The notes below the pieces were generated by a model. That model was given only the letters and a program-made list of their open reading frames with translations, did no database searches and was not told the DNA's origin. Positions 1 through 8,081 of a stretch of DNA of 53,330 nucleotides are shown piece by piece (position 1 is the first letter of the stretch; every line of letters starts with the position of its first letter). The position numbers and the translations under genes were made by a program. Source of the stretch: a virus (taxonomy: Duplodnaviria; Caudoviricetes); the IMG/VR virus record IMGVR_UViG_3300037010_000252, positions 1-53,330 of that record. The stretch is one strand, 5' to 3'.

Positions 1-96
1 CCTCCAATGCTCAATGCACTCGCGCTGGTAGCAGCCCGTGAGCGAGACTGTGATGTGGCGGACGGCTTCCTCGATGGTTGGCTGTTTGCCACTCAC
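1..96 (-). CDS. hypothetical protein, truncated by the window edge (MSGKQPTIEEAVRHITVSLTGCYQRECIEHWR...)
   Basis: GTG start overlaps the TGA of the 93..296 gene (GTGA coupling), GGAG upstream, frame open to position 1; not in the ORF track. Confidence 0.6.
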   Translation of the reverse strand, partial: MSGKQPTIEEAVRHITVSLTGCYQRECIEHWR

Positions 97-296
97 TTCT
101 CCATTCCGGCACAACAGCCATCCTTGAACCACGGAGATTCTTGGCCATCGGCCCCAGGTTCACGCTCGAACTTCCCGCATTCCTCGGCGGCCTTCCGCGA
201 ACATACCTGGCCCTTGTAGTGAATGCGGCAACGGAGAGCACCGTCGGCCCCATTGTAGCTGTTAGTACAGTCTGGGCAAGATGGCAGCAATGTCAT
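93..296 (-). CDS. small Cys-rich hypothetical protein (possible Zn-binding)
   Basis: ATGA-coupled to the Cro-like gene; CxxC...C...C...C pattern followed by FEREPGAD. Confidence 0.7.
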   Translation of the reverse strand: MTLLPSCPDCTNSYNGADGALRCRIHYKGQVCSRKAAEECGKFEREPGADGQESPWFKDGCCAGMEK

Positions 297-523
297 ACTA
301 TTCGCCCAGGCGTGCCGTCCAGCGGATTTGGATAGATGTCAGGACGCAACGTATGCGGTAGAACCTTCCATCCCAGATAATCGCATACTGGAATGACATA
401 CTCCGCCCTTAGAACATCATCGTCACCCCATTGACACACGGCTTGCCGAGTGACCCCGGCAGCAGCAGCCAGCGCCGCCTTGTTATTTCGGAAGTAGTTT
501 CTTACGAGGTCTGCTATGTTCAT
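293..523 (-). CDS. Cro/YdaS-like HTH transcriptional regulator
   Basis: 76 aa; HTH KAALAAAAGVTRQAVCQW and C-terminal LRPDIY typical of the Cro/YdaS family; first gene after a divergent promoter. Confidence 0.85.
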   Translation of the reverse strand: MNIADLVRNYFRNNKAALAAAAGVTRQAVCQWGDDDVLRAEYVIPVCDYLGWKVLPHTLRPDIYPNPLDGTPGRIV

Positions 524-528
524 GCCGA

Positions 529-558
529 AAGTTAATCACATTTTACCTATCAAGTCAA
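529..558 (-). promoter_or_regulatory. leftward sigma70-type promoter for the Cro-like gene, probably leaderless
   Basis: minus strand TTGACT-N18-TAACTT, then 5 nt to the ATG with no SD. Confidence 0.55.
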
Positions 559-609
559 CAGTTCGCATGTGCCCTGGATCCTGCTGCGAAAATTTTTTGC
601 AAACACCCC

Positions 610-638
610 TTGACTTGAAGTAAAACATAGTTTACAGT
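610..638 (+). promoter_or_regulatory. rightward sigma70-type early promoter with an overlapping palindromic operator (GTAAA-N6-TTTAC, 620-635)
   Basis: TTGACT(610-615)-N17-TACAGT(633-638); a related GTAAA-N6-TTAAC site sits in the leftward promoter. Confidence 0.7.
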
Positions 639-797
639 GACCTACATCGAGGCAGTTTACCGCAGCGATGCCCGGCCAACCAGGCGTACCGAAAGGAAGC
701 CTCAAACGCTGGAATCCGGAGAAATAGCGACCACGAGCGGGCGCGGACACTAGGTGTCTTTACCGGATGGGGTTCCTGTTCAATGAAAGGAAATGCC

Positions 798-1091
798 ATG
801 ATCGGAAAAGAAATGATCGGGAAATATGTAATCGTCCGCACATACAGTGCGGGAGTCCATTTTGGTAGGCTGATGTGGCGTTACGGGAAGGAGGTCTTGC
901 TGTGTGATGCACGGCGAATCTGGTATTGGGAGGGGGCGTTCACTTTGAACGCAATCGCTGTAAACGGGGTCGCCAAAACTTCAAAGCTATCGATTCCAGT
1001 GTCCGAAATTCTCTTGACAGAGGCTGTAGAGGTCATTCCGTGCACTGAGACGGCATCTGCCAATCTTCGTGGAATGGAGGCATATGGATAA
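798..1091 (+). CDS. conserved phage protein (VIVRTYSAGVHFG, DUF6948-like)
   Basis: recognisable motif; AAAGGA SD before ATG 798 (ORF track starts at 783). Confidence 0.8.
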   Translation: MIGKEMIGKYVIVRTYSAGVHFGRLMWRYGKEVLLCDARRIWYWEGAFTLNAIAVNGVAKTSKLSIPVSEILLTEAVEVIPCTETASANLRGMEAYG

Positions 1092-1329
1092 AAACCAAGG
1101 TTACGGATTCGGCAGATACGGCTTTGGGTCTGGCGCTGGAGAAGGTGACGGGGTAGGCTCAACAGACGGTTCAGGTGATGGCTCGGGATATGGTTCAGGG
1201 CATGGAGGTGCGCACGGAACTGGTTACGGCGTTGGACTCGCAGAAGGGTATGGGTCTGAGCATGGAGAAGGAACCGGAGATGGTTCCGCCGATGGATACG
1301 GAAACGACACTGGAGACGGAATAGGGTAG
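1084..1329 (+). CDS. Gly-rich GxGxG repeat protein
   Basis: GYG/GDG/GSG repeats; overlaps the end of the previous gene, a pairing common in phages. Confidence 0.7.
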   Translation: MDKNQGYGFGRYGFGSGAGEGDGVGSTDGSGDGSGYGSGHGGAHGTGYGVGLAEGYGSEHGEGTGDGSADGYGNDTGDGIG

Positions 1330-1452
1330 AAGCAGTAAACCGTGTGGATGCAGTCGGTTTGTAACTGTACCAGCCGCCACGGCAACAGGTGGAGTTTGCC
1401 TTGCAAGGGCTTGCCTGTTGCCGGGAAGCGGCACTCACATGAATGGCTGCTT
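1330..1452 (+). ncRNA. candidate structured intergenic RNA element
   Basis: nested inverted repeats: AAGCAG/CTGCTT, AAACCG/CGGTTT, GCCGC/GCGGC, and a perfect 10-bp CGGCAACAGG/CCTGTTGCCG. Confidence 0.45.
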
Positions 1453-1490
1453 ATGTATTTCCTGGTGCGCTTATGCGAAGAGGAGATGAA

Positions 1491-1619
1491 ATGAAATTCG
1501 GAACAAACGACTTACTGAAAGAGGCTTACCGAAATCTTGGCAGAGAAAGCGCCCTGGTTGACAGTATCGTGACCGTGGCTTGCCTGATCGCCATTGTGTT
1601 GATGGTGGTGTACTTATGA
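1491..1619 (+). CDS. 42-aa membrane peptide (MKFGTNDLLKEAYRNLGRESALVDSIVTVACLIAIVLMVVYL)
   Basis: GAGGAG SD, hydrophobic C-terminal helix, ATGA coupling to the next gene; below the ORF-track cutoff. Confidence 0.7.
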   Translation: MKFGTNDLLKEAYRNLGRESALVDSIVTVACLIAIVLMVVYL

Positions 1620-1870
1620 AGCCGCCCTTGTCAATCTGCATTTTTGGCGATCAAGTAATCACCATTCCGTCATACGTTGTACCACGATGGAACCAGTGTA
1701 TGTTAGCCGATAGCTTGGTCATGTGGCGTAGCTTCGCTTTCCTGCTATCAGCGGAGGCAAAGATGTCCCAGGTTGAGGGAGACAAGGAAATGGAATCAGA
1801 CCTCAAATTTCTGTTTGAACTGGCAATGCAGCATGTCTATTCGCTGCAACCAAGTATGGAGGAAGCATGA
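1616..1870 (+). CDS. hypothetical protein
   Basis: ATG 1616 overlaps the upstream stop; coupled to the next gene. Confidence 0.65.
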   Translation: MKPPLSICIFGDQVITIPSYVVPRWNQCMLADSLVMWRSFAFLLSAEAKMSQVEGDKEMESDLKFLFELAMQHVYSLQPSMEEA

Positions 1871-2055
1871 ACAACGTAATCGAGTTTTCTAAACCGGCCC
1901 CATCATGCCTGGTTCCGATCACCCATCCTGCTCGCGCTTTCGAGCGCGCTACTGACGTTGAGAGAACGTTTCAGCAATATCGGACTACGGATTTGGTTGT
2001 GGTGGGTATGTTAGGGCCGGAAGATCGGCCATCAGAACAGGTGGCTCTCAAGTGA
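1867..2055 (+). CDS. hypothetical protein
   Basis: GGAGG SD; ATGA and GTGA coupling on both sides. Confidence 0.65.
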   Translation: MNNVIEFSKPAPSCLVPITHPARAFERATDVERTFQQYRTTDLVVVGMLGPEDRPSEQVALK

Positions 2056-2921
2056 GTAACGAAATTGCAACAAGTAAATCCTCCGTTCCAGCAATGAGCG
2101 AAGCAGAACTGCTGAACGTCCTGCGCAATTCGCTGTATGTCGGAGCGCGTGACGAGTCAATCAAGATGGCGATTGCCTACTGCACCGCCAGTGGGCTTGA
2201 TATTTTCCAAAAGCCTGTCCACATAGTCCCGATGTGGGACGAAAAGACCAAGAGTATGCGCGACGTGGTAATGCCAGGGATCGGCCTATATCGCACACAG
2301 GCGGCTCGTTCCGGCGCGTATGCTGGAGTTACCGAGCCAGAGTTCGGCCCAGACATCACCGAGACATTCCCGGAAGAGAAGGGGTATGAAGGTAAGCGCC
2401 GACCAGAAGTTACTATCACGTACCCGGAATATTGTCGCGTAATCGTCAAGCGCCTACTTCCCAATGGGCAAATTGCAGAGTTCGCAGCTACCGAACGCTG
2501 GAAAGAGAACTATGCCACCTCCGGCAAGGGATCAAAACAGCCCAATTCCATGTGGAAGCGCAGGCCATATGCGCAGCTTGCGAAGTGTGCTGAGGCGCAA
2601 GCACTGCGCAAGGCATTCCCGGAATTTGGATCGCAGCCTACCGCAGACGAAATGGAAGGAAAGGAAATCGACGTTGGCTTCGTCAACCACGAGACCGTGG
2701 AAGTTCGCACCGAACTGCCCGCATACAGCCAAGAACAGATGAACACGAATATTGAGGTATGGCGCTCCGCAATTGCTTCCGGGAGGATTACTCCAGAGCG
2801 TATCGTGGCAATGGTATCTAGCAAATACGTGTTGAGCGATGACCAGATAAAGACGATACACGGCTTGTCTGTCTCAAATGTCGTTGATGCAGAGATAGTG
2901 GATGAGGGGGAACAGAAGTGA
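2052..2921 (+). CDS. bet: phage single-strand annealing recombinase (Bet/RecT family)
   Basis: GLDIFQKPVHIVPM...MPGIGLYR..AARSG and PNSMWKRRPYAQLAKCAEAQALRKAFP motifs. Confidence 0.9.
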   Translation: MSNEIATSKSSVPAMSEAELLNVLRNSLYVGARDESIKMAIAYCTASGLDIFQKPVHIVPMWDEKTKSMRDVVMPGIGLYRTQAARSGAYAGVTEPEFGPDITETFPEEKGYEGKRRPEVTITYPEYCRVIVKRLLPNGQIAEFAATERWKENYATSGKGSKQPNSMWKRRPYAQLAKCAEAQALRKAFPEFGSQPTADEMEGKEIDVGFVNHETVEVRTELPAYSQEQMNTNIEVWRSAIASGRITPERIVAMVSSKYVLSDDQIKTIHGLSVSNVVDAEIVDEGEQK

Positions 2922-4528
2922 ACACTACGGCAAGAAAAGATGATGACTTTGATTTTCGTGTTGTCGATCTGCGTCATGACACAGATATTTATGTTGTCGG
3001 TCTGCGTCAGGGAACAAAAGAGTGGCTTGAGCACAGAGCAAAACATTACAACGCCAGCGATGCTCCTGCTATGTTGGGGTTGTCTCGCTATAAGACACGC
3101 CAGCAATTACTGCGCGAAACAGTTACCGGGGTTGTTCCAGATGTTGACGAGGAAACGCAACGCCGCTTCGATAGAGGCCATGAGCTTGAGGCAATCGCAA
3201 GGCCGTGGGCTGAGGAAATCATAGGCGCAGAACTTTTCCCTGTAGTGCTGTCTGGAAACATTGACGGATTGCCGCTATCAGCTTCGCTTGACGGGCTGAC
3301 AATGCTTGCGGACGTTGCATTCGAGCACAAGACGGGGCGCGCAGACCTTTTGGAAAGCCTGGAGGAAGGAATAATCCCTGACGAATACAAGCCTCAGATG
3401 GAGCAATGTCTTCTTCTGTCTGGCGCAACAAGATGCCTCTTTATGGCATCTAACGGCGACCGCGAAACGATGCGCTATGCTTGGTATGAGCAAGATTCGG
3501 CAGTGCGCAAGAAACTTCTAGCAGGCTGGAAACAGTTTGCCGAAGACCTGGCTAACTATCAGCACGTCGAAGTCATTCAGCCAGCCGTGGCAGATCCTCA
3601 GATGTCTCTTCCGGCAGTATTCGTCAAGGTAAACGGCAGTATTGCGCTGGACGATAACCTGTCCGTGTTTGGAGAAGCCCTAACGGCATACGTTGAGCAG
3701 ATCAACAAGAAACCACAGACTGACCAGGACTTCGTAAACCTTGAGGCCGCCGTCAAGACGCTTAAAAAAGCCGAGGACGCGCTTGATGCCGCAGAGAGTA
3801 GCGCACTCGGGCAGGTGGTCAGCGTCGATGCTATGCGCAGAACTGTTGCGTTGTATCGAGAGATGGCTCGCAATGCTCGTCTGATGATCGAAAAACTTGT
3901 TAAGGCTGAGAAGGAGAACCGTCGAGCAAAGATTATCCTTGATGCGCAAGACGCAATTATGAAACACATAGACCGCTTGAATGAGCGCGTTGGCGGGTGG
4001 ATGCCGAAAACCATTCCATCGTTCGCTGACACAATCAAGGGTCTGAAATCGTTAGATTCAATGCGCGATAAGGTTTCGACCGCGCTTGCCAATGCAAAGA
4101 TTGAGGCTAACGAACTGGCTGACCGCATCGAGTTTAATGACAAGCAGAGAACCGTTGACGGCGTGAACTACAGTTATCTAGTTCCAGACTTCGGGCAAAT
4201 CTGCATCAAGCCGAAAGAGGACTTCGCTGCAATCGTGGCGCAACGCATCGCAGAACATAAAGCTGCCGAAGCCGAGATAATGGCCGCGACAAAGCGAGAA
4301 TCATCAGCAACAGATCAACTGGCGAATGCCAGCGAATCGACGCACGTAGAGCAGAGCGCGACTACGATCCCTAGGGAACCGCTGGATAGCAGACAACCGC
4401 CCAGGATCGACGATGCTCTCATCGACGACTTCCTGTCGGTGCTTGAGATCAGCGCGCGCGAGCGCAATGAGCTTCGCCCGATCCTGGTGAAGTTCGAGAT
4501 TTTCAGAATGACAAGGAATACGAGATAA
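2918..4528 (+). CDS. YqaJ/lambda-exonuclease-like recombination nuclease with coiled-coil extension
   Basis: QGTKEWLEHR...ASDAPAMLG, GHELE, SASLDG, FEHK motifs; follows Bet. Confidence 0.9.
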   Translation: MNTTARKDDDFDFRVVDLRHDTDIYVVGLRQGTKEWLEHRAKHYNASDAPAMLGLSRYKTRQQLLRETVTGVVPDVDEETQRRFDRGHELEAIARPWAEEIIGAELFPVVLSGNIDGLPLSASLDGLTMLADVAFEHKTGRADLLESLEEGIIPDEYKPQMEQCLLLSGATRCLFMASNGDRETMRYAWYEQDSAVRKKLLAGWKQFAEDLANYQHVEVIQPAVADPQMSLPAVFVKVNGSIALDDNLSVFGEALTAYVEQINKKPQTDQDFVNLEAAVKTLKKAEDALDAAESSALGQVVSVDAMRRTVALYREMARNARLMIEKLVKAEKENRRAKIILDAQDAIMKHIDRLNERVGGWMPKTIPSFADTIKGLKSLDSMRDKVSTALANAKIEANELADRIEFNDKQRTVDGVNYSYLVPDFGQICIKPKEDFAAIVAQRIAEHKAAEAEIMAATKRESSATDQLANASESTHVEQSATTIPREPLDSRQPPRIDDALIDDFLSVLEISARERNELRPILVKFEIFRMTRNTR

Positions 4529-4538
4529 GGAGTGGTAA

Positions 4539-5162
4539 ATGGATAAAGCATTGGAAGAAATGGAAGCCCGCGTCATTGAGCGTAATGACCGGATACACGT
4601 TTACCCGATGCGAAACAAGACGCCAGAAGAGCGCAGGGCAATCGCTGCCAAAAGCCACGCAACACGCAGAGCACGGCGAGAGGCAGAGGAAGCAGCCAGG
4701 CTGGAGGCGAGAGCTTACGCAGGCGGTTTGCGAGATGAGATCGCCGCACTCGAACGCAGAATAGCGGGAATGAAACGCATGGAAACGATGCAAGTTGTTT
4801 CCTCCTTGTTGACCGGAAAGGCGCTGTTGCGAGCCGAAGAAATAGCCGCCGCCGCGCAGCCGTGGGAAAAATTGAGCGGTGTTTATTTCTTGCTATATGG
4901 GGATGAGATTGTGTATGTCGGGCAGTCGGTGAATGTCTACTCAAGAATTGCGCAGCACGCAAGAAAACTGTTTGACCGCTATGCGGTTGTTCCGTGCCAT
5001 GCTGGTGCGCTGGATAAACTGGAGTCGCTTTATATCCATCTGCTGCGCCCAAAATTGAACGGCGTGCAAAAAGACGGCGCATGTTGTGCGCCTATAAGTT
5101 TAACTGATCTGCTAGGTATGGTTCCTAACGACTTAGCTCATTCATCTGCAAGCAGTCGGTGA
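4539..5162 (+). CDS. GIY-YIG nuclease domain protein with helical N-terminus
   Basis: GVYFL...IVYVGQS...RIAQH...E..YI....PKLN; AAGGAG SD. Confidence 0.8.
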   Translation: MDKALEEMEARVIERNDRIHVYPMRNKTPEERRAIAAKSHATRRARREAEEAARLEARAYAGGLRDEIAALERRIAGMKRMETMQVVSSLLTGKALLRAEEIAAAAQPWEKLSGVYFLLYGDEIVYVGQSVNVYSRIAQHARKLFDRYAVVPCHAGALDKLESLYIHLLRPKLNGVQKDGACCAPISLTDLLGMVPNDLAHSSASSR

Positions 5163-5216
5163 AACTAAGTAGCAAGTAATGAATGAGGAAACGCGCATAA
5201 ACTTGATTGGATTTGT

Positions 5217-5717
5217 ATGCCACAGCCTTTGTGGTGGGTTACTAAAGATGGAGACCTAGATTGCCTGGAGTTGTATGAACGACATTACTCTTGCAATAGA
5301 CGGCTTGACGGATCACGAGAACGCGCACAGTGCTTTGTCGGGCCAGGTGAAAAGGTCGTCCTGCGAACAAAAAGCGGGGACGCCATGTTTGTATGGCGAC
5401 GCTTCCTTGACGACTGCATTGACCAGCGAACCGGTGAGCGGCAGGCCGGAGTCAACTGCGCCGTTTTTCGGAACGAGTCGGAGCACCTTAGTTCAGAACT
5501 CATTCGCCAGGCGGACGCAATTGCTGATGTCTTGTGGCCTGATTTGCGGCATTATACCTACGTCAATAGCAAAAAGGTCGCATCAAAAAACCCTGGATTT
5601 TGCTTTCTCAAGGCAGGATGGCGACGATGCGGAATAACAAAGGGCGGCCTTCTTGTTTTTGAGCGTGTTAAATCGCATGAGCGCGAAAAGAGTCAACATG
5701 ACAACGATAAAGGATAA
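5217..5717 (+). CDS. conserved phage protein, possibly Mom-related GNAT-fold DNA modification enzyme
   Basis: ERHYS...FRNE...SSELI...YTYV...NPGFCFLKAGW layout resembles Mom-family motifs; function is inferred. Confidence 0.5.
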   Translation: MPQPLWWVTKDGDLDCLELYERHYSCNRRLDGSRERAQCFVGPGEKVVLRTKSGDAMFVWRRFLDDCIDQRTGERQAGVNCAVFRNESEHLSSELIRQADAIADVLWPDLRHYTYVNSKKVASKNPGFCFLKAGWRRCGITKGGLLVFERVKSHEREKSQHDNDKG

Positions 5718-5835
5718 GCCACGCGCTTACTACAACGAGATTTACCCATGCGCTGCGCAATGGCTGCGCAACCTGATTGCGGACGGGCACATTGCACCCG
5801 GAGACGTAAGGAGGCTGAATAATGCGATTCGATAG
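5698..5835 (+). pseudogene. N-terminal remnant of a phage C5 cytosine DNA methyltransferase
   Basis: AYYNEIYPCAAQWLRNLIADGHIAPGDV matches the usual start of phage Dcm-type MTases; it stops after 45 aa with no PC catalytic motif. Confidence 0.75.
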
Positions 5836-6112
5836 CAATTTATTGGCAAAGGTAGGAGAGAACAGCGATGTTGTACCTGGAAACGTTTACCAGGCTAATG
5901 GTGGTAGAAAAAGCTCCGGTACTAAATGGTGGCTGGTGGTCGCCGTTTCAAAGACAGAGGCGCACTGTGTCGGATTCGATGAGTGCGGCTATCCGTGTTC
6001 CACTGACAGCTACCTCAAGGATGCGCTACGAGAGCGACCAATCGTCGGACGTTGTGATCTGGACGCGATCCAGTTGACGCTGACAGTAGCGTCTTCAAGT
6101 TGCGAGGAGTAG
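5822..6112 (+). CDS. hypothetical protein
   Basis: AGGAGG SD; fits the operon packing. Confidence 0.7.
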   Translation: MRFDSNLLAKVGENSDVVPGNVYQANGGRKSSGTKWWLVVAVSKTEAHCVGFDECGYPCSTDSYLKDALRERPIVGRCDLDAIQLTLTVASSSCEE

Positions 6113-6116
6113 CAAT

Positions 6117-6980
6117 ATGAATAAGTGGGATCAACGCATGTCGAACTTGGCGAATCTGGTTTCGACATGGAGCAAAGACCCGAGCACTGGAGTAGGGGCC
6201 GTGATCGTTGATGCCAAGAACCGTGTTGTTTCTCTTGGATACAACGGGTTTCCGAGATGCGTGGTCGATTCAGACGAAATGCTGTTCGACCGCGACGAGA
6301 AGCTGCGCCGCACCATCCACGCTGAGGAGAACGCATTGCTGTTCGCCGGACGCTCGGTAGAAGGCTGCACCCTCTACGTGACCCACCCTCCGTGTGCGCG
6401 TTGCGCGGCAAAGATCGTCCAGGCAGGAATTGCCCGCGTGGTTGCGCAAATCCCCGATGAACAGTTCAGTGGCCGGTGGGAGGCGGATATGCGCAGTGCC
6501 TCCGAGATGTTCGCGGAGGCTGGAGTTGTGCTTACGCTAAACACGGACGACTACTCGGAAGCCACGAGCACTGGTGACTACTCGGCTGCTACGAACGCTG
6601 GATATCGGTCGGCTGCCACGACCACCGGAGACCGCTCGGCGGCCACTAACACTGGCTTCTACTCGTTGGCCGTAACAGCGGGCCACTACTCGTTGTCCTT
6701 GAACGCTGGCTACGGCTCGGTGGCTATGGCCGCTGGCCGCTACTCGACGGCTAAGGTGACAAGCGCAGAATCTATAGCGGCATCTCTTGGTGTGGAGGGC
6801 CGTGCCCGCGCCTCAGCAGGTAGCGCTATCGTCCTCTGCTACCGCGACAAAAAAGGCCGCCTGATCCATATTCGAGCCAGCAAGGTGGGAGACAATGGTA
6901 TCAAGGAAGGTGTTTGGTATTCGCTGGACTCCGACGGAGAATTTATCGAAGTGAAATCTGACGAGAGCAAGGAGTGTTAA
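6117..6980 (+). CDS. dCMP deaminase fused to a 9-aa-repeat phage domain
   Basis: SKDPST.VGA, GYNG, HAEENA and PCARC deaminase motifs in the first ~140 aa; then TGDxSAATN-type repeats and an IRASKVG.NGIK...WY.LD..GEF tail. Confidence 0.85.
   Translation: MNKWDQRMSNLANLVSTWSKDPSTGVGAVIVDAKNRVVSLGYNGFPRCVVDSDEMLFDRDEKLRRTIHAEENALLFAGRSVEGCTLYVTHPPCARCAAKIVQAGIARVVAQIPDEQFSGRWEADMRSASEMFAEAGVVLTLNTDDYSEATSTGDYSAATNAGYRSAATTTGDRSAATNTGFYSLAVTAGHYSLSLNAGYGSVAMAAGRYSTAKVTSAESIAASLGVEGRARASAGSAIVLCYRDKKGRLIHIRASKVGDNGIKEGVWYSLDSDGEFIEVKSDESKEC
6544..6760 (+). repeat. degenerate 27-bp tandem repeats (about 8 units) encoding xGxxSxAxx
   Basis: TDDYSEATS/TGDYSAATN/AGYRSAATT/TGDRSAATN/TGFYSLAVT/AGHYSLSLN/AGYGSVAMA/AGRYSTAKV. 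Confidence 0.8.
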
Positions 6981-7427
6981 ATGTCTGTATCTATTGAACA
7001 GATCAAACAGGGAGCAGTTTTCCGGTTCAAAAACGGGCCGCGCCGCGTTACCGGCTTTGGCAGGTCAATTGGCTCAGGATTCAATGTCAGGTGGGAGTAC
7101 GCTGACGGCAAAAAGCGAGGTGGACGGCTCACAGGGAGTCAGTGGGTACACAACTTTAAGTCCCAAGCCATTGAGCAAATCCCTGATCCGGCCGTAGCGG
7201 GGGCTACTTGCCTCCTGGTGTCTGGACGAGAGGTTGCGATCTTTGAAGATGATGTGTTCAAAATCACGGTGGACACGAACTGCCCGGCTAAATGGGCGTT
7301 TGTTGACTTGGGAACAGGAGAACTGTGGGGACACGATGGCACTCAGTTCAGGCGTCTATCTTCTGCCGAATTGGAAGAAGTAATGGATGTGGCAAAACAA
7401 GCAGCCGAGCAAAAGGAGGCGAAATGA
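6981..7427 (+). CDS. hypothetical protein
   Basis: AAGGAG SD; abuts the previous stop. Confidence 0.75.
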   Translation: MSVSIEQIKQGAVFRFKNGPRRVTGFGRSIGSGFNVRWEYADGKKRGGRLTGSQWVHNFKSQAIEQIPDPAVAGATCLLVSGREVAIFEDDVFKITVDTNCPAKWAFVDLGTGELWGHDGTQFRRLSSAELEEVMDVAKQAAEQKEAK

Positions 7428-7645
7428 AAGAGGTAGTTACATTTAGGTGGGAAGGGGATGTCGAAAGTGAATCAGGTGTTGCCATTTACGAAGTCGGCAC
7501 GCCAACATGCTCGCTACGGCTACCCAACTTCCAATCTGCGTACACTACGTACATGGCGATGCGTGAGGCGTATCAGAAAGGATACGAGGATGGCGTTTGT
7601 AGCACGAAGGCTGCGGTGCAATCTGCGCTGTCAAAACTTCTATAG
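7424..7645 (+). CDS. hypothetical protein
   Basis: AAGGAGG SD and ATGA coupling place the start at 7424. Confidence 0.7.
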   Translation: MKEVVTFRWEGDVESESGVAIYEVGTPTCSLRLPNFQSAYTTYMAMREAYQKGYEDGVCSTKAAVQSALSKLL

Positions 7646-7657
7646 AAGGAACGAACG

Positions 7658-8032
7658 ATGAGCCGTTTAGCAAAAAATCTTGTTGCCTTCGACACAGGAC
7701 GGGGCTTTGCTGATGTGATTGCTATGCCAACTCTGAATATCCAAGAGGTTGTATCTGATATGCCAGATAACACTGCCCACGAGTATCGGCTGGAGGTGCT
7801 AGTTGGGGCTTCGACCTTGGTGAATAAATCGGTCACTGAACAGTCCGATCACAAAGAGAACGTCTTCACCAATGCAATACGTGCGACACGCCGTAAGATC
7901 GTCGAAGAGGCCTTCGGTGAGTTTCGTCCACTGATCTATCAGATCAACGAAGCGATTCATGCTCGTGACTGGAATGAGGCTAATCGTCTCACTGGAAAAC
8001 TGTATCAACAGATGTTTGAGGATGGCCTATGA
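7658..8032 (+). CDS. hypothetical phage protein
   Basis: AAGGA SD; 124-aa ORF in the operon. Confidence 0.75.
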   Translation: MSRLAKNLVAFDTGRGFADVIAMPTLNIQEVVSDMPDNTAHEYRLEVLVGASTLVNKSVTEQSDHKENVFTNAIRATRRKIVEEAFGEFRPLIYQINEAIHARDWNEANRLTGKLYQQMFEDGL

Positions 8033-8081
8033 AACTCATGCCGACCAATGCGCCACATACAATGTTAACCAAGGATAAATA

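Noticed and set aside
644-1452. Hammerhead ribozyme in the early structured regions
   Set aside because: No CUGANGA...GAAA core in a suitable arrangement; other ribozyme classes would need a covariance-model search.
6544-6760. CRISPR-like array
   Set aside because: Repeats are contiguous, degenerate, in-frame coding units with no spacers; no cas genes.
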